A stretch of DNA of 48,103 nucleotides from Nemertoderma westbladi (lineage: Eukaryota; Animalia; Xenacoelomorpha), in assembly GCA_032718475.1 (NCBI GenBank), contig JAUCBJ010001003.1:1-48103 (forward strand). Reading direction: 5' to 3'. The position numbers and the translations under genes were made by a program. The notes under the pieces were generated by a model, which worked only from the letters and a program-made list of their open reading frames with translations, was not told where the DNA came from and ran no database searches. Positions 36,751 through 47,561 of the stretch are shown piece by piece (the first letter of the stretch is position 1; every line of letters begins with the position of its first letter).

Positions 36751-38034
36751 TATTGAATAATTACGAGACATGACTGCATGAAATATATCGAGAGTAAAAA
36801 TATCGAGTGTTGAAAAATATCGTTAATATCGCTAGTTCAAAAAATATCGAGTGTACAATTATCGAGAAAAAATAGCAAAAACTAGCAGTATAAAAAATCT
36901 AGTCAATGCAGCAATGGGTACTCAAGGTGTATTAATGCCATTTATTTGCACTTGCACTGTTGTAGGATACACCCAGACACCATGCACTGCAATCTTGTGC
37001 CATAATTCTAAATAAAATGCTCACAATCTCGATATTCCTGTTTACTTTTCTTAGTATGTTTTTGTTTAGGTCTATATTTTTGTGTATTTCAGTCAATTTT
37101 TAATTGTCTGATTGTCGTGCAGTAATGTGCAGTATGTATTACAAGTACTATGACTACCGCAAGCCGCACCGTGAAACCGGCTGACCGGACTATTTCGAGT
37201 TCGACTGCCCGGCGTGACTACTAATTTTATTTTACCGGTACATAATATATTTCCTCATCTGTCTGACTGTGCTGTACGGCGTTTTGTATGAGTTACCCTG
37301 TTACCTATCAGCTTGTACCGTATAATTTTATTATATATTTCAGGGCATGCACATGTAAATATTGGAATTTGACTTGACAAGACTGCAAAAGTGTTGGTTT
37401 ATGTCAATAACAGAACACTAAACACTTAAGATAATGCTCCAAGGGTACCGGTAGGCCTAATTTATGTTCAGAAATATGGCCTATGAGTTTAACTAACAAA
37501 ATGTGAATATTAGACGTAAGACCTAGAGTCTACACAATTTCTGCATAAAAATAAAGTGTCATACCGTTTTACCGATTTCAGTTTTCTTCTTCAATTTCGC
37601 AATGTTACAATTTCTGAGATTTTTACAAATAACAATCGGATGATTGATACTGGTAGCGATAACAACTCCAAACTCGCCGTTAATACCAACGGCTTTTAGT
37701 AATGTTAAATTTTAGAATCTTCACCCTCAGTCATAGCTGCCCAACTCTGTGAAACGGTCTTAACGGTATTACACGGCGTAATGTGAATGTGTAATGTACG
37801 AAATCCTATGTGGTGCCACTTACGATTTTCTACATTAAGGCAAAATCGAACAATTCAAGTATAATAATTGTGTAATGGTATCTTCATTTATCTTATGCAA
37901 TCGTATTAGATATAAGAAGATAGTTATAGAAAGGGATGGGTTTGGGTTAGGGTGCCGGGTACTTACAATAAGACTAATAGTCAAGTACAGATGTATTCTT
38001 AATATTATAATATATTATTAATTATTGTTTGCAG

Positions 38035-39112
38035 GTATAGCACCCCGAGTCCGGATGGCCTGGCCCCCACCGAAGAGGCTGAGGCTAGCCGCGCTATGGC
38101 CGGTGGTCTCACCCTGTCGCAATACTACGCTTTCGCGGGCATGCATCGCGTCCTGGACGAGCACAAAGAGGCGACGACACTCGTTCGGTTCGCCAACGAC
38201 GAGCGCACTCGTCTCGCGTCCGGCTCTTTGGATGGCACCGTCCGGGTCTACAATTTCGAGGACGACAGCTGTCTGACCCTGGAACACCCGGTGGGGGTCC
38301 CAGACTTCGCCTGGAGTCTCTCCAACGACCTCATACTCACCGTTTGCCACGACGGACTCATCCGATTGTTCGACTCCGACTCCGCGCGACTAGTCCGCTG
38401 CATTCCGTCGGAGTCGGCCGGAATCCAGCTCCTCAGCTGCGTCTTCCAGCCGCTCAACAACAACATGGTTGTCATAGGAACAAGTAGCGGATACGTCAGG
38501 GTCTACAACGTCTCCACCGGGAAGCTCATGAAGAGTTGCAAACTCGCCCCGGGCGGCCCTCGGGTTCTCTGTCTGGCCTTCGATTCCTCCGGCCGGATCA
38601 TTTGGTCCGGGGACGATCGCGGTTGCGTCACCTCCTTTGTGTTCGACTTGGCGACCGGCGGGCTCATCAAGGCGCGTAAAGTGGTGGTGGGCGGGGCCGT
38701 GACCAGCGTGAGTTCCCGTAGCTGGATGAACCGGGAGGCTCGGGACCCCTCGCTGCTGGTGAGCTCGTCCCGCGGGGCGGTTTCCCTGTACCGCGTCGTC
38801 TCCTCCGACGGCGGCCTCGCCCCTCGTCGCTCCTTCCCCGTCCTCCACTCCAACCCCCACTGCCCGATCCGCTCCGCCTTCTGTCCGTTGATGTCCTTCC
38901 GACAGGGCGCCTGCATTGTCTCCGGCTCGGAATCCTGCCACGTTTATTTCTACGACATCGAGCGGCAGGGTGATCGCGCCGTCGTTAACTGTCTGCAGGG
39001 CCACACCGCTCCGGTGCTCACCGTTACGTTTAACTGCGACGAGAGTCTGTTGGCCTCGGGAGACAGCTCCGGATTGGTTATCATCTGGAAGAGAGAGAGT
39101 AATCCGTCTTGA
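38035..39112 (+). CDS. WDR13: WDR13 exon 2 (WD40 propeller)
   Basis: TTTGCAG acceptor; EASRAMAG, YAFAGMH, VRFAND, SWMNREARDPSLL, FCPLMSFRQGAC, FNCDESLLASGD. Confidence 0.96.
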
Positions 39113-39900
39113 GTCGGATACTTTTATCTCGATGTCTTTTTTATAGCAATTAAATTTTTCCCTCGAATAGGAGTGTAATTGATGTTATAATTAAATGAAT
39201 GTGCTCGTAGATTAGTTAAATTATTGATATTCAATTAAATATTTGATGCGTTTTATATTCATTTACTTTGTATCTTTTCTTATTAATTACAATTTGGGTT
39301 TAAAAAATTCATGATGCAGAAAACTACCCATGAAACTTTTGAATTGTTTTAATTTTTTGTGAAATTTATGAAGCGGGAAGTTTATGAAGGAGAACGCATT
39401 TGTTATTAAATGTGTGACTGTTAAATACTGTCCAATAAACTATTAATTGCGAATCTTTTACAGAAGAATCGATGCATTCAGGAATCATAACTAGCGTTGG
39501 GGGGGGGGGGGGGGGGGGGGTGGTGTTAATAACTAAGTCAGTAAGAAGGCTTTTGTGACACCGATGTTCGAGGGGTTTGAACAATATAGACTGTTTAGTT
39601 TTAGTTAGATACCGTAAGTGGGAGGAGGCGGAATACAGTCTAGTAAAACAGTCTATCTCGTACAATAATATATTATATAAAACAGTGAAATAATTATTCA
39701 AATCTATGAATTTTTTAAACCAATATCCAAACCAATCAATTACAAGTTAATATTTACTCATTAACTACTCCAACATATATTAATTACATTTGGTGCATCT
39801 CGATGAGTTTTAGTGGAACGAAAGTCAGTCGATATTTGTGAAGCTAAATGTGTCGCAAAGCTAACGTTATGTTTATCATCATATTGCGTCCCGATTATTA

Positions 39901-40037
39901 TCAGATACTACCTAGCATTTAGGGCCACTTGGGCCACTGTTAGTACTCAGGCACTAGGCCCATCAAAAAACAAAATACCAAATTTATTTGGTATTTAACA
40001 GTGGCCCAAGTGGCCCTAAATGCTAGGTAGTATCTGA
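39901..40037. repeat. Inverted repeat with perfect 42-bp arms
   Basis: 39901-39942 is the reverse complement of 39996-40037; inner 11-bp hairpin at 39973-39996. Confidence 0.92.
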
Positions 40038-40269
40038 GGGAAGACCCCATGTCCTATTTTATTGTTTTAATATCTAATGTAATAACAGACAAATCGCAAT
40101 TAGTGCGATGTGTGAAATGTTTTCCCTATTATCCACAACTTGGGAAACGGCCCAAAAGAGCAATTTATTCTGCGAAAGGGTCTAACTGTAATAGATAAAT
40201 AAAATATAGAACACTAATTATTTATATCTAACACATTATCAATTATCATTATAAAAGTTAATGTTAATG

Positions 40270-41375
40270 TTAAGTTAAAGTCAATTTTCAATGTGAGTTC
40301 ATGCAACATGGCTTTTATGTATATCGCAGCATCGCACCTGTCAAGTGCAGCAAGAGTTTCCCCTGCAAAACTAGAACGTACCACTCGTTGTACACCTTTT
40401 GACTTCCACATTAACGTACTTAATCGACCATGGAGACCAACAATGAATCCCCCTTGGCTTCCACATTAACGCACTTAATCGACCATGGAGACCAACAATG
40501 AATCCCCCTTGGCTTCCACATAACGCACTTAATCGACCATGGAGACCAACAATGAATCCCCCTTGGCTTCCACATTAACGCACTTAATCGACCATGGAGA
40601 CCAACAATGAATCCCCCTTGGCTTCCACATTAACGCACTTAATCGACCATGGAGACCAACAATGAATCCCCCTTGGCTTCCACATTAACGCACTTAATCG
40701 ACCATGGAGACCAACAATGAATCCCCCTTGACTTCCACATTAACGTACTTAATAGACCATGGAGACCAACAATGAATCCCCCCCTGACATGTAGATGTTC
40801 CATACATTATGTCGGGACGTGTTTGTGAACCAACCCATTGAAGAACACCGAGAATGGAGCGAAATTCTGTTATTTCGTCCTTTGTCATTGGGCAGTCTAA
40901 TTCTCCCTCCCGAACAGCCATGAAACCCATGTTCATTAAATATTCATATTTTGTAAGTACATGAATGTTAAATGAGTTATCAACACTGTCAATTGTATTT
41001 ATCACTAGTCCGGTATACTCAAAATTGTCTTTCTTTGAAGGTGCTACCACAAAGATTTATTTTAATTTATTGATTATTTTAGTATGGAATATAGTTGTAC
41101 CACCATACAACAGATCATCTACATGAATGGTTACTAAACCATGTATTTCACCATTCACTATATACACAAACAACGAGGGATCCAGGTTGCTTTTCTTTAA
41201 TCCAAGATTAACAAGTGCCTCTGATAAACTATTAAACCAGTTTCTAGGAGCATCAACCAAGCCATATACTGGTTTAAGCAATTTCCAAAAAATATTAGGA
41301 GGAAGATGAGCCTCGGTGGAGGAACGACAAAAACATCTCGCTCAAATGATTTACTTTGCTAAAAAGCAGTTTTAA
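40270..41375 (-). mobile_element. Degenerate Ty1/copia pol fragment (RT and RNase H; motifs reminiscent of the GalEa clade)
   Basis: LKPVYGLVDAPRNWF, HVDDLLYGG, LQWVGSQTRPDI, SQGGFIV, WKSKGVQRVVRSSFAGETLA; stops, frameshifts and a deletion; no LTRs seen. Confidence 0.88.
40403..40784. repeat. 55-bp minisatellite, 7 copies, within the copia RNase H
   Basis: Unit CTTCCACATTAACGCACTTAATCGACCATGGAGACCAACAATGAATCCCCCTTGG. Confidence 0.96.
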
Positions 41376-41420
41376 CATTTTATTAACATTTATGCTAATA
41401 TTATTATTAGATATTAGATA

Positions 41421-41671
41421 GCTTTTCGATGTGTTGACATGGCTTTTTCGAAGTGGTGACATGGCTTTTTCGAAGTGTTGACATGGCTTTTTCGAAGTGT
41501 TGACATGGCTTTATCAAAGTGTTGACATGGCTTTTTCGAAGTGTTGACTGGCCTGTCGACGTATTGACATTGCTTTTTCGAAGTGTTGACATTGCTTTTT
41601 CGAAGTATTGGCATTGCTTTTTCGAAGTGTTGACATTGCTTTTTCGAAGTGTTGACATGGCTTTTTCGAAG
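41421..41671. repeat. ~22-bp minisatellite, continuing at 43993-44110
   Basis: Unit TCGAAGTGTTGACATGGCTTTT. Confidence 0.94.
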
Positions 41672-43992
41672 CCCTAGTAGCACACCTACGTTCACCTCAC
41701 GTTTAGAATAGTTCTAATAACGTGGATAACGTTAACGTTGTTCTGATAACGTTCCAGCTGCGTTCACTGTACACGTCCATCTAGGAAGGGATTTGTCCCG
41801 CTCAAAAAACGTTGATTCGACGTCATCTTATAAACGTTAGATATTCGTTCTAAAATGGTCCGTTCAACTAATTATTTTCTGAACTGCTTTTGAACGGCTT
41901 CATAGTGTTTTGAAAAGGTTCAATAATGCTTCCTTCCAACGTTCGGAACTGTTGGTTTGAACTGTGCTTGAACTAAAAGTGTAGTTCAAGTATATAATTT
42001 TATGGCAAACTGCCCCCCCCCCCCCCCCCCCCCCCTCCCTGACCACCGCTGTTAGGGTAACGATTTGTGTACTGCAGCAAAAGTAAATCAACCGAACATG
42101 AAAACAAACATTTCCTTGTTGAAATAACATCACAAGTTTATATTGAATATTACCATTACTTACTTTTATCACAAATATACCGAATTTACCGGACATGAGA
42201 AATGGAAATAAATCTAACAAGGAGATCAATCAAATAGGAAATACATTATATATCATATTAAGGTAAAAGTTAAATAGAAAAGTCTCGAGTTAATTATTAT
42301 AGAGTGGGAGTATAATGTTGTCTTTCCATGCTTCGTTTTCTCCTGAAATTTGTAGCTAGTCTAATCCCCACACTCACTCCATCCATAATAAATAGCCTTT
42401 CCCAGCTGTAACAAAAATAAAATTGATTTAAAAATAAAAAAAATTACAAGAAACATTTTATGCACTACTGTACTTCAAAAAAAGGAAGGGACGATTATAT
42501 AATTATACCTACTGAATAGCATGTTGTATAAGTCACTTTTACTTCAAGTGATATACTGTTATTAGTAGGCCCATACTTTTATAAACTGTAACTTGCACAA
42601 ATATGAAACTGAATCTTTCTATTGTGATGCTCATTTATACATACATGTATACTATAAATATACATATAATATATATGCCGCCTCCGCTTTGCAGGACATT
42701 GCTTTCGCCGTGAGTACCAGTGAGTCTGTGCACAATCTTGTCGCAATCCATGACTTTCTTACGAAGCCTCTTAAAGGATATTGGCCTTGGGGATAGGTTG
42801 AAGGTTGCATGGTGGTGGAACAAATTTTAGTTATACAGAGATAGATACTTACATACCGCATCATAAAACTTGAGAGATTCAACCAAAGATTTTAAGTATT
42901 TAATTTACCGCTGTGCCATAGGAAGGCTGATCGGTAAATTGGATCAATTTAAAAAATTTATATTTATTCAATCATATTTTTTGCATCATTCTTATCTGTT
43001 TATTACAACAATCTTCGAAATAAATTACATGCAGTACCGCTCACGTGATATATTAAATTTCATATTTTAAAGCTAATAACTCTAAAGTTGTGTCATATAT
43101 TCAATTAGAAATTAATTTACTAACTAATAATAAAATTTGAAATAATCACCTTTAGTGTCTTTGATGGATGGCGGCCCTTTATTATTGGTCCCGATACGGT
43201 TGAAAAGCATCACAACATTGACCTCGATCTTCGCACTGTTCACGTATTGAATGTATGTACCCCAGGCCGTATGTGCCCCATGCCGTTATAAAAATATACA
43301 GCAAATAATTGAGACGAAACAACAATTCATTTAAATTACAGTGTTATACAATGCAGTATGTTATATTACACCGTTATACAGTACTATTGTATACTTTGCT
43401 CCTTTACTTCTGTATGAACAATATAGTCCTACCACTATTTCACATCATACTTGGGCATTTCCAGTATTACCTGTAATTGGATGACTCATCACAGACACTC
43501 GTTCCCATAGCGTGGGAAAGTTTATCGTTCAGATAATTATTATTTTGAACGGAAAATGTTTAGTATTGAACCGCTATTGAACTACGGTTATGGAAAACAT
43601 AGTTTGGACATTATTTGAACGACAATTTTAAAAATATCTGAACTGAAATTGAACTGGTCAATTTTTATTGGATAATAAACATTATTGAAACGTTCACAAT
43701 AGCTAACGGAAATATAACTAGCCATTTACAAATCGTTACTTTTCCGTTTCTGAACTCAAATTGAACTGGTTAATGCGTGGGAAGCCATTCAAACGTCCAA
43801 GAACATTAACGGAAAATTAACTGATACCATTAATGAACGTTACTTTTCAGTTGAATTACCAACACCATTTATGCGTTATTATATGGAGACTAATTTAGAA
43901 CGTTGAAATCTGGTACAGTATGTGCGACGTTTCTGGAGTGGACATGTTCTCAACGTCCAAAAGCTGTGTGTGAACGTTATGTGCTACTAGGG
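41672..43992. mobile_element. Non-autonomous CMC/EnSpm-like DNA transposon (2.3 kb)
   Basis: TIR CCCTAGTAGCACA (13 bp perfect, extends imperfectly), 2-bp TSD AG, AACGTT-rich subterminal regions; cleanly splits a minisatellite unit. Confidence 0.85.
42677..42800 (+). mobile_element. Short degenerate RTE fragment inside the EnSpm-like element
   Basis: CGCCTCCGCTTTGCAGGACATTGCTTTCGCC..CCATGACTTTCTT..CTTAAAGGA matches about 20869-21010. Confidence 0.75.
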
Positions 43993-44110
43993 AGTGTTGG
44001 CATGGCTTTTTCGAAGTGTTGAAATGGCCTGTCGAAATATTTTCATGGCTTTTTCGAAGTGTTGACATGGCCTGTCGAAGTATTGACAGGGGTTTTTCGA
44101 AGTGTGGCTT
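43993..44110. repeat. Right half of the 22-bp minisatellite
   Basis: Same unit as 41421-41671. Confidence 0.9.
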
Positions 44111-44491
44111 TTACGGAATCAAGTTTGTCTCATCCCACCAAGCCTGTTCACTAATCACATAAAGTCACCCATCGCAAAGAGTGATAGGCCTACAACCATA
44201 CCTCCGAACATTGATTATGGAATAATAGTATTGTTGCAGAGACCAGACCAAATTTATATTAATCTCTAATCTTATATGTTAAAATTAACCTACTTTAGCA
44301 CAACTGGATAGGAAAGCACGTACATCGCTATAGGGCCTCATTACATTCGTCAGGATCACTTCAGAATTCATACAGGTCGATTGATCAAGTATTATGCTAC
44401 AGTAGACTGATAGATACTGTAGTTACCCACGAACATAACTGAAATTAGACATTATCACGTTTGAGGATGTTCCAATTTCCTCAAAATAGGG

Positions 44492-44822
44492 GCAGTAGGC
44501 CGGCCTGCACTGCTGCCATTACTACAGTAGGGCTGCTGCGATTACTGGTACAGTATGGCTGCGCTGCTGCCATTACCGATACAGTAGGGCTGCGCTTCTG
44601 CCATTACTGGTGCAGTAGGCCTGGACTGCTGCCATTACTACAGTATGGTACAGTAGGCCTGCACTGGTGCCAATACTGACAGTAGGGCTGCACTGCTGCC
44701 ATTACTGGTACAGTAGGGTTGCGCGGCTGCCATTAGTACAGTAGTGCTGCGCTGCTGCCATTTCTGGAACAGTAGGGCTGCGTTGCTGCCGTTACTACAG
44801 TAGGGCTGCGCTGCTGCCATTT
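44492..44822. repeat. ~31-bp degenerate minisatellite, with 2-3 more units at 45095-45170
   Basis: Unit approximately CAGTAGGGCTGCGCTGCTGCCATTACTGGTA. Confidence 0.88.
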
Positions 44823-45539
44823 TTTTTATTAGTTCCGGAATTAGTAGCGCCGGCGGCTTTATTATATTTATTATAAAATAAAATCAAGATATAAAAAACA
44901 CATATAAGCACAGCACGTAAATTTACCGTTACAGTAGTCGGTGTTCCAAGTAATTACAATTGTGCACATCTTAAGAATAATATAAATAAAAAACCACAAT
45001 AAGGTTGTTGTTGGTTGAATATAAATATTTTAAGAGTACAGTCATGGCCTACTATATAGTAGGCCATTGTACACTATGTACAGTACTATTACTATTAGTG
45101 GTACTGGGGCTGCGCGGCTACCATTACTGGTACAGTAGGCATGGGCTGCTGCCATTAGGCGTACTGGTAGACATCAACCGTTTACGGTTTACGTACATAC
45201 AGTAGATACACCAAAAATGTTGTTACTCAAAAAAAATTCAAATACAGTAAATCATTATTAAGTATAAAATACAGAACGCCCCCTTGAGTTATTTTGTTGA
45301 AACAAGGTATTCATTGGTTGGCCTCTTATATGGGTACGAATAGAACAGAAAAATGTAAACATCAAAATATACAGTAGTAGGCCATAGTGGGCACGAATTA
45401 TCACACATTAACGTAATACATTACAGTTTCGTGGGGCCTTCGCGCAGGCAGCACGAGACTCAGTTAACCCGAGAAGCTGTAATCCAAGTACTTGTTTATT
45501 TACAATACGCCGTCATGGAACTTCTGAATCTTTGACACA

Positions 45540-45832
45540 ACACATATTTACCAAGTTTGGTTTTATTTAAAAAATGATTGACCGACTTATTTTGGTTTTT
45601 ATCAAAAGTCAGAAACTACTGACTGCCGACTGTCAGAAGTCTGGTTTTTGACAAAATGTCAGATTCTTTCTAAACTTTTGACGGACTAAATACTGTACGT
45701 ACCAAGTTCGGTTTAATTTCATCAAGGAATGACCGATTTATTAGCGTTCATAATATTTACAACAACAACAGACAACTCCTAAATGGTACCCCTATGCTAA
45801 GGATTCGCTCACTTCGTGGCTCGCCCCTCAAT
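45540..45832. mobile_element. Possible Helitron/Helentron-type non-autonomous element 3' part
   Basis: Two copies of ACCAAGTTYGGTTT..TGACCGA, an (ACA)n/ACAGAC stretch, and a GCTCACTTCGTGGCTCGCCC end motif; recognised by pattern only. Confidence 0.3.
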
Positions 45833-46215
45833 TTTCTACCTATAGATTATTGAATTGTTTTGAACAAAGTTATAAATTATGGACTAAAAACAAAACGGAG
45901 GACAACAGGAACACTTGTTGCAAATACATCATGGGGGAATTAATACTGTATTCTCCGTCTGCGCTTTTTAATCTGTGTCAATAAATTGAAAGGAGAAGGT
46001 TATTACTACAGTGTCATGGTTTTTTAACCAAAACAACAAGGAAAGCCCATAACACAGGTTGCAAATTCATGTTCTTTGCATCTGTTATTTGCGTTATTTT
46101 ATGTTTATTAGTTTATTTGCCTTGTTTCCGTTATTTGTGTCTGTTTTCCCTTTAGTAGATACATTGATTTTGATTTATTTTGTCAAGAAGGAGCGCTACT
46201 TTGTTCCAAAATGAC

Positions 46216-46330
46216 AGCGAACTTTGTGCCCATTTTCGAGAACTTTGTTCCTATTTTTGAGAAATTTGTTACTATTTTCGAGAACTTTGTTCCTATTTTT
46301 GAGAAATTTGTTCCTATTTTTGCGAATTTT
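46216..46330. repeat. 21-bp minisatellite, about 5 copies
   Basis: Unit GAGAACTTTGTTCCTATTTTT. Confidence 0.88.
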
Positions 46331-47193
46331 TTTTCCCTCTTTAGTACGTACATATTAATCATATTTACAATAATGGAATAACTAATGAACAGGTTAGAAT
46401 TAATCATTACGAATTCGGTATTCGGTATCGAACCGGAATTTCCAGCAAAAGAGTGACAATTAACGAATCAACAAAAATCTATAAAATAACAAATACCAGA
46501 GCACTGATATAGAACTCAATTAGTAACAAACATCCACCGATTGTGGAAACCAGAAATTTATAATAATTACATTAATGTAAGATTACGAAAAAATACGAAG
46601 CGAAAAGGAAACACTGATCGTCAATACCTGTCACGTGTATAATTTGAAGGTTCAGGTTTGCGAACATTTATAACCCACCCCTTAGCGGATATCAAAACCG
46701 GTATAAAATATGCTACAGAAGCGTAACTGCGCGTTTAGTAAGCGTTGGGTGTGTGTAAATAGTCGCAGATCGGTTATCGGCGAGGACTTTACCCTCGCCT
46801 TGTGATAAAAACCAGATGATTTCGTTTCAATTGAGTTTAAATCTAATCGGATTGCTTCCTGTACAAACGTATGATTGCTGGGACATCTGCCCCCCAACAA
46901 TAGTACTGACCCATCCTCAGGGACCTTCATTTAAAGGAGTTATTAATATTGCATGGTTTGGACTACTACAGTAGGCCATCAATGATTTATCTTGGATTTG
47001 AAGCCCCCTTTATTGGGGGCTCTAATTACTTTGCTATAGGGGCGGAAGGTAGCGCAACTAGGTTCAACGATAGCCATAAATCCTACCTCAATCTCCTGTC
47101 AACGTAGCCGCCAGCCTACAATGAATTAGGAAACATTTCATTATGAAAACTTCATTCCAGGTTACCGGCGCAATAGTAATTGGTTTGTCTTAA

Positions 47194-47198
47194 AGGGG

Positions 47199-47253
<55 letters not shown>

Positions 47254-47261
47254 GGGGGGGG
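47194..47261. repeat. Poly-G tract, about 65 nt
   Basis: Nearly pure G run. Confidence 0.95.
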
Positions 47262-47561
47262 TACACCATTTGGGCCAAATTATTACGAAATTATTTTTAT
47301 GATCGATTATAATGATTCAATAGCTCTTTTAGTTTTCAAGTTATAACAATTTCCATTTAGGCAGGACCAATGGAAATTACTATGTTTTATGAAAGGTCTA
47401 CATTGTATTATCTCCGAATATTTTTTTATGAAATTGTCAAAAACTCTATGCGCAACCAAGTTTTTTTATTATTGTTAACTAATTAACTAATATAATACAG
47501 TTAGAGTGTGTATATACCGGTGATATACAGTTAGAGTCCATTTGATTACTAATATATGGGG

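Noticed and set aside
38018-39146. Several overlapping or antisense ORFs over WDR13 exon 2 (and over ferlin exon 5)
   Set aside because: Shadow ORFs of real coding sequence, with no recognisable motifs.
46682-46930. 82-aa minus-strand ORF, possible exon or hammerhead (CTGAGGA)
   Set aside because: No recognisable domain, a weak acceptor, and no stem II or GAAA partner for a hammerhead.
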